In this document: positions 55,651 through 64,000 of the stretch, one piece after another
Position numbering within the stretch: position 1 is the first letter of the stretch
How the letters are laid out: each line of letters begins with the position of its first letter
From: a virus
Reading direction: 5' to 3' (one strand)
Virus record (IMG/VR): IMGVR_UViG_3300017767_000005
DNA: 64,000 nt
Notes under the pieces: generated by a model
What the model was told of the DNA's origin: nothing
Seen by the model: only the letters and a program-made list of their open reading frames with translations
The model's database searches: none
Translations under genes and position numbers: made by a program

Positions 55651-55722
55651 TGGAGTCGGCAGGATTTGAACCTGCGGTATCATGGTTGCAAACCAAGCGT
55701 TTTTCCGCTAAACTACGACCCC
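55651..55722 (-). tRNA. tRNA-Ala(UGC), CCA not encoded
   Basis: Cloverleaf GGGGTCG/CGACTCC with G3:U70 and A73; D-arm GTTT/AAAC; loop TTTGCAA; T-loop TTCAAAT. Confidence 0.85.
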
Positions 55723-56643
55723 TTATGTTTTGATTTCTGTTTCTATGTATTCTGCATCCCTTCGCCACCCGTCAACATCAACCCATAAGGATAAATGCAC
55801 ATCAAATGACTGATTTGTAGGTATGTTTGGTTTTGTGAATACCTTTCTATCAATTGCGTCGCCTGTTATGTTGTAACCAGCATAAGTATTGAAATACATT
55901 GTTTGGTTATCAGTCCATACAATGTAAATATCGACTTCGATATACTGTTGCTCTTCACAAGACCAATCTGCATCCCAATAAATCTGCATATCAGTAGTAT
56001 TATTGTATAACTCTAATTTAACTTCGGGATTGTAAAGGGAACCTGTGCAATTATTTTCGGGTTCTTCATATTCGCATGAACCATCGTCACTTGTTGCCGT
56101 ACTGTTATAGTTAGTGGCATTGGAATCTGTGCAACCCCAAACTTCTTCATCTGCGGGATTACAAGAACCATCATCATGTGTAGCATTAGAGTCATAGTTA
56201 GAAGCCGCATCATTAGTGCATCCCCAAACCTCTTCTTCATAATAACATGAACCATCATCTTCATTAGCCCAATCATCGTAGTTTATCGCATCCCAATCTG
56301 TGCAACCCCAATAGACATCTTCGTATGGTTCGTCGTCTTGCCAAGCCCAATCACCATCTCCTTCATCACCAGCAGGGGTTAAATCAATAATACCTCCTAA
56401 CTCAAGACCGGAACCAGCCAATAAAATTAGAATAGGGATAATAGCAGTTAGTAACTTATGTGTTTTACCTGCCATTTCGGTTGCTTTGTCAAGTGCCGTA
56501 GTATTTTCTTTTATGGCATTACTATTATTGAGTTTTCCATCATCAAGAAGGTCTGCGATAATATCTGATTTAGAACGACCTGTTAATTCGGCTATCTCAT
56601 CAGCATTTTCAAGTGATGCTTGAATATCGGGGGCAGACGACAT
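55723..56643 (-). CDS. Membrane-anchored acidic protein with three GCTD...DDGSC repeats
   Basis: TM LLTAIIPILILLAG; WGCT[DN]xxAxNYxxxAxxDDGSC three times. Confidence 0.8.
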   Translation of the reverse strand: MSSAPDIQASLENADEIAELTGRSKSDIIADLLDDGKLNNSNAIKENTTALDKATEMAGKTHKLLTAIIPILILLAGSGLELGGIIDLTPAGDEGDGDWAWQDDEPYEDVYWGCTDWDAINYDDWANEDDGSCYYEEEVWGCTNDAASNYDSNATHDDGSCNPADEEVWGCTDSNATNYNSTATSDDGSCEYEEPENNCTGSLYNPEVKLELYNNTTDMQIYWDADWSCEEQQYIEVDIYIVWTDNQTMYFNTYAGYNITGDAIDRKVFTKPNIPTNQSFDVHLSLWVDVDGWRRDAEYIETEIKT

Positions 56644-56647
56644 ACCA

Positions 56648-57109
56648 TCACTTCTTTTTCTTTAATACTTCTGAATCAGGTTTGGGTAATTTGGAAGTAT
56701 CTATACAACTATTTTTTATTCTATCCATTTCTTGATTATGGTCTTGTGCAGACTTAGCCATAGTCTGTTCATGCTTTTGTTGTAGTTTTTCTAACTCTAT
56801 GGTATGCTCTTTGTATGCCGCATCACGGTCACGGTCATGCTTTAATTCAGTTGGAATGTTATCAACCTCTTGAGTCTGTTCTGACTCCCACATACGAAGT
56901 ACGGTTTGTAATGCAGGGGCGGCTACACCACCAATGATAGCGATAAGTGCGATAAATCCATCAAGATTCATTAAAACTACATCGGGTTTCCAAATACCCA
57001 TACCTACTACTGCACCACAAGCCATAAGCCATAGATAGATTGCAGGTATTACTGTACGCTTTACCATTTTGTCATTAAATGAATGACCGTTCTTTTTATT
57101 CTTCGTCAT
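56648..57109 (-). CDS. Two-TM membrane protein with coiled-coil tail
   Basis: Two hydrophobic segments; coupled to the portal gene. Confidence 0.75.
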   Translation of the reverse strand: MTKNKKNGHSFNDKMVKRTVIPAIYLWLMACGAVVGMGIWKPDVVLMNLDGFIALIAIIGGVAAPALQTVLRMWESEQTQEVDNIPTELKHDRDRDAAYKEHTIELEKLQQKHEQTMAKSAQDHNQEMDRIKNSCIDTSKLPKPDSEVLKKKK

Positions 57110-58472
57110 TTTTCATCCCCTCTTGTTCATTGGTTCTTGGTAACTCTCCGATATTTGTATTATCCCCATCTTTGTTGCGTATGTTGCCACTTTTTTCTTG
57201 TGGTAGCCCCATAATGTCTAAGGATTGATTTAGCGTTAGTATGCCGGAAGTGTAACCCATCACGGCTCTCTTTGCTAAATCTAACGGAGATTCTTCGGCA
57301 ACCGGCTCAAAGTCAAATGCCGGTAAGTCTGCCATTGTATGCTCAATACCAAGTAACTCAAGATGCTTTGAAAACAACTTCATAACTTCTTGTCTTACAA
57401 CATATTGTAGTCTGCGAATAGCGGTATTAGCCCACATATTCGCATTGTAAGTAGCCGCAAAGGTTGAGCCACGCTCTTGACCTGCCGCTACTCTTGGAAC
57501 ATGCAATACTGCCGCTATGTTGCTACCGACCATATCAAGGAAGCCGGAGTTATCGGGAACAGTATTATTCAAATCGACATGGTGCAATTCCACATAACTT
57601 GGTAGGATAGGCATTTGGTCGCCACGCAAACCTTCAAACAGTGTAATTACTTCATCCATAATTTTACCAAGCCTTTCTGCTTGTTCATCGGGGTCTGTAA
57701 TATGTTCGATAGCGGATTTGTCGATTGTGATAAATTGCTTTGTTAGTGCATCTTCAAGAGCAATACGGTTATTCATACTGTTATACTTTACACGGATTGC
57801 TTGCTTTAGTGACGAAAATCGGGATGCGCCCCATACACCGTAAGTTTGACGAGTCTTAGTATCTTCAAACCAATTACTACGATAATCTATTCTAAAGTGG
57901 ATAATTTCACTTCTTGGGAATACTGATTGACTGTATTGACCTTCACGAAGAATGTAAAACTCATTGCTCATAATGTATGAGTATTCGTCTGCATGGAATG
58001 GCATACCTGTTGGCCCGCCCCTTTCATCAACGATTGTCATTTGTTTTATCGGTAAACTTTGCACATCGGTAATACCGATACCTGCTTTACCAACAAGTTT
58101 GTTGATGTCGTTGCCATAAACCATTAGGTTACGCATAGCATTGATTAGTATATCATCAAAGTCCACTGTTTCAACAAGCATTTTGATACCGTTGCGGATT
58201 TTTTGATTTTTTGCTCGCTTGTAATCTATGAAGTAGTTATTACCTGTAAGGGCAACACTTCTTACTGCCCCGTTTAATTCGGGGTCTAACTTTACCATGT
58301 TGTCAAATAACTCCCATTCATTGTCGTAGTTACTATCGCTTTGAAACTTTTCAGTTTCCTTCATTATGTTAGGTAAACCTGCGGCTACACTGAAAGGAAC
58401 ACTTGTGCCAGCGCGAACATCAACTTGCGAGGCAACAATCTGCTTTTTACTAAACGGCCACCAAGAGGGCAT
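57096..58472 (-). CDS. Portal protein
   Basis: 458 aa; YGND, EIIHFR, YGVWGAS, AAVLHVP, LTLNQ; first large gene of the head operon. Confidence 0.85.
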   Translation of the reverse strand: MPSWWPFSKKQIVASQVDVRAGTSVPFSVAAGLPNIMKETEKFQSDSNYDNEWELFDNMVKLDPELNGAVRSVALTGNNYFIDYKRAKNQKIRNGIKMLVETVDFDDILINAMRNLMVYGNDINKLVGKAGIGITDVQSLPIKQMTIVDERGGPTGMPFHADEYSYIMSNEFYILREGQYSQSVFPRSEIIHFRIDYRSNWFEDTKTRQTYGVWGASRFSSLKQAIRVKYNSMNNRIALEDALTKQFITIDKSAIEHITDPDEQAERLGKIMDEVITLFEGLRGDQMPILPSYVELHHVDLNNTVPDNSGFLDMVGSNIAAVLHVPRVAAGQERGSTFAATYNANMWANTAIRRLQYVVRQEVMKLFSKHLELLGIEHTMADLPAFDFEPVAEESPLDLAKRAVMGYTSGILTLNQSLDIMGLPQEKSGNIRNKDGDNTNIGELPRTNEQEGMKNDEE

Positions 58473-58501
58473 AAACTATCGACTACCGTTCTGTTTTTTA
58501 A

Positions 58502-58651
58502 CTATTTTTGAGTATTAAAGGCTGATTCCCACTCTTTTTTGCGTTTTTTTCTCAATTTTAATAATCCGAAACCGACAAAGAACCAAAACAGTAATTCAGC
58601 GATAACGAGAGCAACTCCAATTGTCGTGGCGTTATGTATCTCAAAGGCCAT
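58502..58651 (-). CDS. Single-TM microprotein with polybasic tail (not in ORF track)
   Basis: GAGGGG SD; IGVALVIAELLFWFFVGFGLL followed by KLRKKRKK. Confidence 0.6.
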   Translation of the reverse strand: MAFEIHNATTIGVALVIAELLFWFFVGFGLLKLRKKRKKEWESAFNTQK

Positions 58652-58998
58652 GTTTTTATCCCCTCTTGCATGATAACACGGTATGGTTACGGTTGATTCA
58701 TAATTATTGGGTCAATTTGCCCCAAAGTTAATTGTTTTGAAAAATTATACTTTTTCAGAAAAAATAAAACGCACTACTGCGAGCCATGTTGCTAATTCTT
58801 TTATTGTTTCATAGACAGAAAGTAAAAAGAAGTAATAAGAATAACAAGCGGGGCCAAGAATATACCTATGAAATAATTCAACAATTAACAAAAACCGCAA
58901 TACTGCGCCCAAAATAATTCTTTCAGTAGCAACATAATTTACAGAAATAATATGGTTGATAGACAAGCCTATAAAGGGGTGGCTCTTGGGATTAAATA

Positions 58999-60426
58999 AT
59001 GGGAAAAAGATGTCCTGTCAATGTCGGCTACGAGTTAATACCGGAACACTACGACCCTGCAATATCTATACTTGCAAATGCAAGAGCATTACATAAGATA
59101 AATGATATTCGTAGTGTCAAAGGTTGGGAAATGGCAATATACCGTTGGAAACAATCCGATGGTAAAGTTGTAAAACCTGCCGAACCCGAACCAAAAAGTA
59201 TCAGCACTTCTTACTATTATGATAAAGACGATGATACATACATTACATTTTTAGAATCAGCCGGTAAAATGATTTTTATTAATGGTGAACAACACCGCAA
59301 CATGAAGGCCGCATATTCTGACATGGTTGGTAAAGGTGCTACTGTTACTGAAATGGCACGAAGATTTGAAATGCCGAAGGCTTGGTTTGATGAATACAGA
59401 CGCAGACATAGTTGGAATCACGATATGTTGCCATATACTGATGAACAAGTTATGGCTAACTCCACTGACGACTTAGTAAAAGACTTACTTGAGCAACAAA
59501 AAAATGAGTTGCACACCGAGTTTGAGCGCAAAAAGTGGAAAAGGATAGAAAAAGATGCTGAAAAGTATCAAAACTTTGAATATGAAATACTTGCTGAGTT
59601 TAAGGATATTATTTCACAGGCAGATTTAACAGTTACAAAACTTGAAATGAACGATGAGGGTCACGATTATTCCCTTGTTGTATCTCCAACTGATTTTCAT
59701 TGGGGTAAATACGGTTGGGTTGATGAAGTAGGTGAACAGTATGATTTTGAAGAAGCCAAAAAACGCCTTATGGAAAAAACAAGCGAATTGATTTCCCGAT
59801 TACCTTCTCGCCCCGAACAGATTATTTTAGCAACAGGTAGCGATTGGTTCCATGTTGATAACGACCAAGGCACTACAACAAGAGGAACACCACAGGATAT
59901 GTGCGGTAGCCCTGCTGAAATCCTAATGACGGGTTGCCAAATGGCAAGAGAACATATTGATTTACTAAGACAAGTTGCACCCGTTAAGGTTGTATTCATG
60001 CCGGGTAACCATGACCGCATGAGTGCAATTGCACTTATGATGTATTTGTCTGCCGTTTACGAAAATACATATGATTGCGAAGTAGTAGTTAGTCCATCCA
60101 CCCGACAATATGTTGAATACGGTAACAATTTAATGGGCTTTATTCATGGTGATGGTGCTAAAAATCTTGAAGAGTTAATGTCATGTGAAAAGCGTGAGTT
60201 ATGGGGTAAGTGCGAACATCATACTTGGTTCCACGGACATTTGCATCATCGTAAAGTTTTAGAAAGTAAGGGTTGTTTAATTGTTCAATTACCAAGTCTT
60301 GCAGGTCACGATAGATACCATGCGCGACAAGGTTACACAACAAGTAAGGCTGGATTAGCGGCACATATCATAGACAAAGAAATGGGTCTAATTGGTAGTT
60401 TGTTTGCGCCGGTGGTGGGACATTGA
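58999..60426 (+). CDS. HTH plus calcineurin-like metallophosphoesterase
   Basis: TDFHWG, GSDWFH, PGNHD, IHGD, HGHLH; HTH-like TVTEMARRFEMP. Confidence 0.85.
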   Translation: MGKRCPVNVGYELIPEHYDPAISILANARALHKINDIRSVKGWEMAIYRWKQSDGKVVKPAEPEPKSISTSYYYDKDDDTYITFLESAGKMIFINGEQHRNMKAAYSDMVGKGATVTEMARRFEMPKAWFDEYRRRHSWNHDMLPYTDEQVMANSTDDLVKDLLEQQKNELHTEFERKKWKRIEKDAEKYQNFEYEILAEFKDIISQADLTVTKLEMNDEGHDYSLVVSPTDFHWGKYGWVDEVGEQYDFEEAKKRLMEKTSELISRLPSRPEQIILATGSDWFHVDNDQGTTTRGTPQDMCGSPAEILMTGCQMAREHIDLLRQVAPVKVVFMPGNHDRMSAIALMMYLSAVYENTYDCEVVVSPSTRQYVEYGNNLMGFIHGDGAKNLEELMSCEKRELWGKCEHHTWFHGHLHHRKVLESKGCLIVQLPSLAGHDRYHARQGYTTSKAGLAAHIIDKEMGLIGSLFAPVVGH

Positions 60427-60593
60427 GTATTTCCCAAAAACAAAAAACAATAAAGTTTCCTCAAAAGAAATTAAGAAAATGCAATACTTGTGGTTATGAA
60501 GCAATAGTAATGTATAACACACACAAAGTATGGTGCAACAAAACTAAAAAAAGTAAATACTGCGGCACTATGAGGGTGATTAGAAATGAGTAG
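60423..60593 (+). CDS. Zinc-ribbon microprotein (KYCGTMRV family; not in ORF track)
   Basis: TTG overlapping the previous stop; RKCNTCGYE...KYCGTMRVIRNE. Confidence 0.6.
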   Translation: MSISQKQKTIKFPQKKLRKCNTCGYEAIVMYNTHKVWCNKTKKSKYCGTMRVIRNE

Positions 60594-60717
60594 TAAAAGA
60601 GAAAGTGTTGTATGCACTAATGTTGTTTGTGGTTGGGCTTCCCGACACTACCCTCGCCAAAAGGCTTTAACAAGAGAATGCCCCGTATGTCACTTGCGCT
60701 CGCTCAAAGCGCGGTGA
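60586..60717 (+). CDS. Zinc-ribbon microprotein (43 aa; not in ORF track)
   Basis: GAGGGTGA SD; CTNVVC...CPVC. Confidence 0.55.
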   Translation: MSSKRESVVCTNVVCGWASRHYPRQKALTRECPVCHLRSLKAR

Positions 60718-60783
60718 ATAGTATGTATAACCTTAGAAAAGATGTATTATGGAATCTTCCAATAACAATGTATGTGATGAAAA

Positions 60784-62289
60784 ATGTCGAACCTCAAAAG
60801 AGCATTAGCCTTTGAACGGGCAAAAAACGATGTAAAGTATTTTTACAAGTGGCTTGGTTACTCATGGGGTAATCATATTGGCGAATGGATGGATATGTAT
60901 TCAGCCAAAGATGATATGCACATTAACCGTGTATGTATTATTGCACCAAGAAGTCATAGTAAGTCTGTTACTTTAGGCGTAAAACTATTACATATGTGTT
61001 TGTTTGAAAGGTTTAACAAAAAACCTATGGATATTTGGTTATTTTCGGCAAGCCAAGATACGGCTAAAAGACGATTGGCTGAAATCCGCAAAGACTTAAC
61101 AAGCCATAAAGAGTTATCCCGCTATCTTAACACTAAAAAGGGTGGTAAAGAAGAATTATGGTTGACTAACGGTGCAGTAATACGATGTTCTTCTGTTGGG
61201 TCTGCAATTCGTGGCGACCATCCCGCAGTAGTAGCACTTGACGATGTATTGCTTGATGCTAAAAAAGAATTAAACAATGAGCAGTTGCGACATTGGTTGC
61301 GTAAAGTAGTTATGCCAATGCTTGACCCGGGTTCTAAGTTGTTTTGTGTTGGGACACCTATGGCTCAAACTGACTTATATCATACTGAAATGCTTGACAA
61401 TGCACTTTGGAAATCCGGTGTATGGACGGCGTTACCTAATTGGGATGAGGCGAAAGACGAACCGGATAAATTAGTGGCACTTTGGCCGGAGTTTAGACCT
61501 GTTGGTTTTCTTTTAGAACAACGGGCAGTATGTGGTGAGTTAGAGTTTGCTCAAGAGTTTTTGTGTCGAGTCATTGACGATGAATCTTCTGTATATCCTC
61601 GCAAATACACAAGGCGTAATTTAGACTTAGAGCAAACATTTGATACTGACAAGCGAGCAGGTATGCGATATGTTATTGGGTTTGACCCATCACAAGGGCT
61701 TGGAAAGGACTATTCCGTTATGGTAGTTGTTAGACAAGAATCCGATGGTAGTCTTGTAGTCTGCAACATTTGGAGGCGTAATGATTTTTCCCCCGATAAA
61801 CAGGCTGACATGATAGGGGAATGGTGTAAGCGTTATGGTGCGCCACTTGCGGCAGAAGATGTAGGGTTTCAAAGACTGTTTAAGAGTTTATTAGAAGCCA
61901 AAGGAATAAATGTGGATTATCGACAAAGCAAAGTAAGCAATAAAGGTTTGAAGCAAGGGTTGTTAAATCGTTTGCGAGTTTGGTTTGAAAGAGAAAAGAT
62001 AGTTTTTGCTTATGGTAGTGACGCAGTAAGGCGTTCTGTAAATCTAATGCTTGAAGAATTAGAATCCCATGCTTGGAAGGCAGGGGAAATCGTTGATACC
62101 GGCAGACATAATGACTTGGTAATGGCACTTGCTCATGCAATCGACCAATTCTCATCAAATATCAATGATGTTCCCGTTGTCATGGGGTCTATGAACCGTG
62201 GTGAATGGCAGGGTGGAAGTAGCGGCAAGACACGCGCTGGCAGGTATTCTGGTTTGGGCGGTAGGGTTGTATCTCGTAGGCGTTTATAA
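60784..62289 (+). CDS. terL: Terminase large subunit
   Basis: Walker A variant APRSHSKS, VALDD, VGTP, QEF, nuclease IGFDPS and HNDLVMALA. Confidence 0.92.
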   Translation: MSNLKRALAFERAKNDVKYFYKWLGYSWGNHIGEWMDMYSAKDDMHINRVCIIAPRSHSKSVTLGVKLLHMCLFERFNKKPMDIWLFSASQDTAKRRLAEIRKDLTSHKELSRYLNTKKGGKEELWLTNGAVIRCSSVGSAIRGDHPAVVALDDVLLDAKKELNNEQLRHWLRKVVMPMLDPGSKLFCVGTPMAQTDLYHTEMLDNALWKSGVWTALPNWDEAKDEPDKLVALWPEFRPVGFLLEQRAVCGELEFAQEFLCRVIDDESSVYPRKYTRRNLDLEQTFDTDKRAGMRYVIGFDPSQGLGKDYSVMVVVRQESDGSLVVCNIWRRNDFSPDKQADMIGEWCKRYGAPLAAEDVGFQRLFKSLLEAKGINVDYRQSKVSNKGLKQGLLNRLRVWFEREKIVFAYGSDAVRRSVNLMLEELESHAWKAGEIVDTGRHNDLVMALAHAIDQFSSNINDVPVVMGSMNRGEWQGGSSGKTRAGRYSGLGGRVVSRRRL

Positions 62290-62542
62290 ACCTCTTTTTG
62301 AGATTTTTTGTCGCGAATTTTTTTTGGTACTAAGCAGTGTGATTCCTGGCGGGGTATAGATTTTTGTAGTCAAAATGCTACCTAAAATCCTAAAATCGCT
62401 CATAAACGCACCCTGGTGGCCTTCATTTTCTGCGGTGCTACCTATTGACCTAATTTATATTTGATGGCCTCCAGGACCCCCCTACGGGCTTAATTTCGCT
62501 ATTTCTATCTGTGGGGTTTGGGTCTGAACGCGATTTCAAAAT

Positions 62543-62576
62543 AAAAAAAAGGGAGGGAGGCCGAAGCCTCCCCCCC
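62543..62576 (-). terminator. Intrinsic hairpin terminator with UUCG loop
   Basis: Minus strand G7AGGC-TTCG-GCCTCCCTCCC then T-run; 20 nt after the stop at 62597. Confidence 0.8.
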
Positions 62577-62596
62577 AATTCTTTATTCTATTCGCA

Positions 62597-63724
62597 TTAC
62601 TGCGGGCTGTCACCCCCTACTAGGCGGGACATGTCAACCGCTAGACCAAGGTAAGGAGTACCATTGAAATCGAATACAACCGGCTTCAATGCTACTCGAT
62701 ACCATCCGTCTTTATTGTCTGACATTTTGCGGGTGTAGGCTTTCAGTCTGCTGGATGCAAGCAATTCTTGAACCATTGAAACCGCATCATACCCTCTCTT
62801 CTTGGCCGCAAGCATCTTGTTTGCTAGTTTTTGACTCTCAATCTTGACTCTTGTAAACTTGACATCACCGGACATACTAGCACTGAGTTTTCCGTCAACA
62901 ACTTGAGGCAGGTCAAAGCATACACCTTGCTTGGTTAACTGTGTTCTGTGGTTGCCACAATGAGGGCAACCATTCGCCGCACTGACCATTTTGATTCCAA
63001 GGTTGCCACGACCACAACCGCCCATCTTCTTGGAACATCTGTAAGAGGATGCACGAAGTCTAATGCTGTGGATTGAATGAGCATTGACACAAAGGTGCGA
63101 ATAACCTTCTTCAGTGCCATATTGCTTAACTTTCAATATGTGTCTGTAAGTTGTTGAATTAACTATCTCGTCACCGTAAAATTGGGACATCTCATAATCA
63201 CTAGGATTAATTTCAATATATTCAACTGTTGAAGCATCTGTCACATTGAATGCTCTAAGTAAATCTTGACCTGTGACTTCCAACTCACTGAGTTTGATAG
63301 GGTAGCCACCACGACCACTAATTAGGTCTGAATATCTGTCCTGTGCTTGATGTGCTTCAATGCAAACCTGTACTGCCTTGGTTAGCATTCTGTTAGTTGT
63401 TGCCATGAACATTATTTGCTCAATCATGACCGGGAACTTTGAACCGTTGTCATAGGTGACAACTAGGTGCTTTCCTAAGTGGTTCTGTAAGTATTGACCG
63501 TTTGCCATAATGTTAGGCAGGTCGACTGTTTTTGCAATCCTGTTAAGGTCTGCATTAGTGAAACATTCTGAAGCCTTGAAGTCCTCATCTTTGAGGGTCT
63601 TGACTACATTACCGCCGACTATTTTGGCGGTCATTTTCAGTACTGTCATTGTTGCTTTAACCTCATCAAGCGGGTTGGTCGTATCGTCGTTCTCATTGTT
63701 AGCATGGTTCATTTCTGTGTCCAT
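62597..63724 (-). CDS. Orphan 375-aa protein with internal zinc finger
   Basis: GGAGG SD; CSKKMGGC...CPHC; own promoter and terminator. Confidence 0.8.
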   Translation of the reverse strand: MDTEMNHANNENDDTTNPLDEVKATMTVLKMTAKIVGGNVVKTLKDEDFKASECFTNADLNRIAKTVDLPNIMANGQYLQNHLGKHLVVTYDNGSKFPVMIEQIMFMATTNRMLTKAVQVCIEAHQAQDRYSDLISGRGGYPIKLSELEVTGQDLLRAFNVTDASTVEYIEINPSDYEMSQFYGDEIVNSTTYRHILKVKQYGTEEGYSHLCVNAHSIHSIRLRASSYRCSKKMGGCGRGNLGIKMVSAANGCPHCGNHRTQLTKQGVCFDLPQVVDGKLSASMSGDVKFTRVKIESQKLANKMLAAKKRGYDAVSMVQELLASSRLKAYTRKMSDNKDGWYRVALKPVVFDFNGTPYLGLAVDMSRLVGGDSPQ

Positions 63725-63762
63725 TTTTACGCCTCCTGTGGAGGCTGTGACAAGCCATCACC

Positions 63763-63822
63763 ATATATAGTCTGCGACTATTTTCATCATTTTGCGACCA
63801 TTTTCAACAATTTTCGACTGAG
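63763..63822 (-). promoter_or_regulatory. Promoter with tandem TAGTCGC-like elements
   Basis: Minus strand: CAGTCG, TGGTCGCA and TAGTCGCA at about 20-nt period, followed by TATATA. Confidence 0.6.
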
Positions 63823-63964
63823 CCAAGGGTCATTTTTCTGACTAGGATTTGCTCACTATACAACCAAAGGTTCAGTAGTGATTATTAATTTTCCAGGATT
63901 TTTTATTAATTCGGAATTAATAACTTTCCAGGAATTATTATTAATTCCGGGAACCAGGATTTTG

Positions 63965-63984
63965 AAAATAGTCGCGACTATTTT
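63965..63984. repeat. Perfect 20-bp palindrome
   Basis: AAAATAGTCGCGACTATTTT. Confidence 0.9.
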
Positions 63985-64000
63985 TTTGTGACTATTAAAA

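Noticed and set aside
55681-55697. tRNA-Cys(GCA) reading of the tRNA
   Set aside because: Correct loop phasing (TT-TGC-AA), G3:U70 and A73 all indicate Ala.
58745-58966. 73-aa minus-strand ORF upstream of the portal
   Set aside because: TTG start, AT-rich low-complexity divergent intergenic region, no SD; unsupported.
60784-62289. TerL pseudogene because of its atypical Walker A
   Set aside because: The ORF is intact, with Lys-Ser, Walker B and nuclease acidic residues retained.
1-64000. Provirus/integration module or diversity-generating retroelement
   Set aside because: No integrase, reverse transcriptase, host flanking genes or template/variable repeat pair seen.

Overview
The window looks like a near-complete genome of a tailed dsDNA archaeal virus (siphovirus-like; HK97-fold head, tape measure, tail tube). 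It is most likely a magrovirus-type virus of Marine Group II/Poseidoniales; the host is inferred from gene content and signals, not from a database search. Layout: (1) 0.3-10.1 kb (+) early region of small ORFs, many Cys-rich, plus a C5 methyltransferase. (2) 10.1-10.3 kb symmetric AT-rich origin candidate. (3) 10.4-32.9 kb (+) replication/chaperone module: MCM-like helicase, RFC, SSB, GroES+GroEL, recombinase-like ATPase, sliding clamp, two more MTases, GNAT, PolB, Cas4-like nuclease, PriS-PriL primase, ERCC4 nuclease. (4) 58.7-32.8 kb (-) virion operon from portal to a 2343-aa tail protein, with tRNA-Ala(UGC). (5) 59.0-62.3 kb (+) phosphoesterase-terminase cassette. (6) A standalone (-) orphan gene and motif-rich terminal regions. 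Transcription signals are archaeal (TATA boxes, GGTGA/GGAGG Shine-Dalgarno sites). I saw no integrase, CRISPR array, intein or transposase. Main findings: a shared C-terminal W-[L/I] motif on PolB, all three methyltransferases and a candidate clamp-loader subunit (possible replisome-tethered methylation); a four-site dyad origin candidate; a prohead protease polyprotein with three cargo domains and assemblin-like cleavage motifs; an in-phase -1 frameshift in the tail chaperone; a fixed-spacing early-promoter element; leaderless middle-gene promoters; a PAC2-like protein; and CCAGG clustering at the termini. Protein family calls come from motif recognition by eye and need profile searches.
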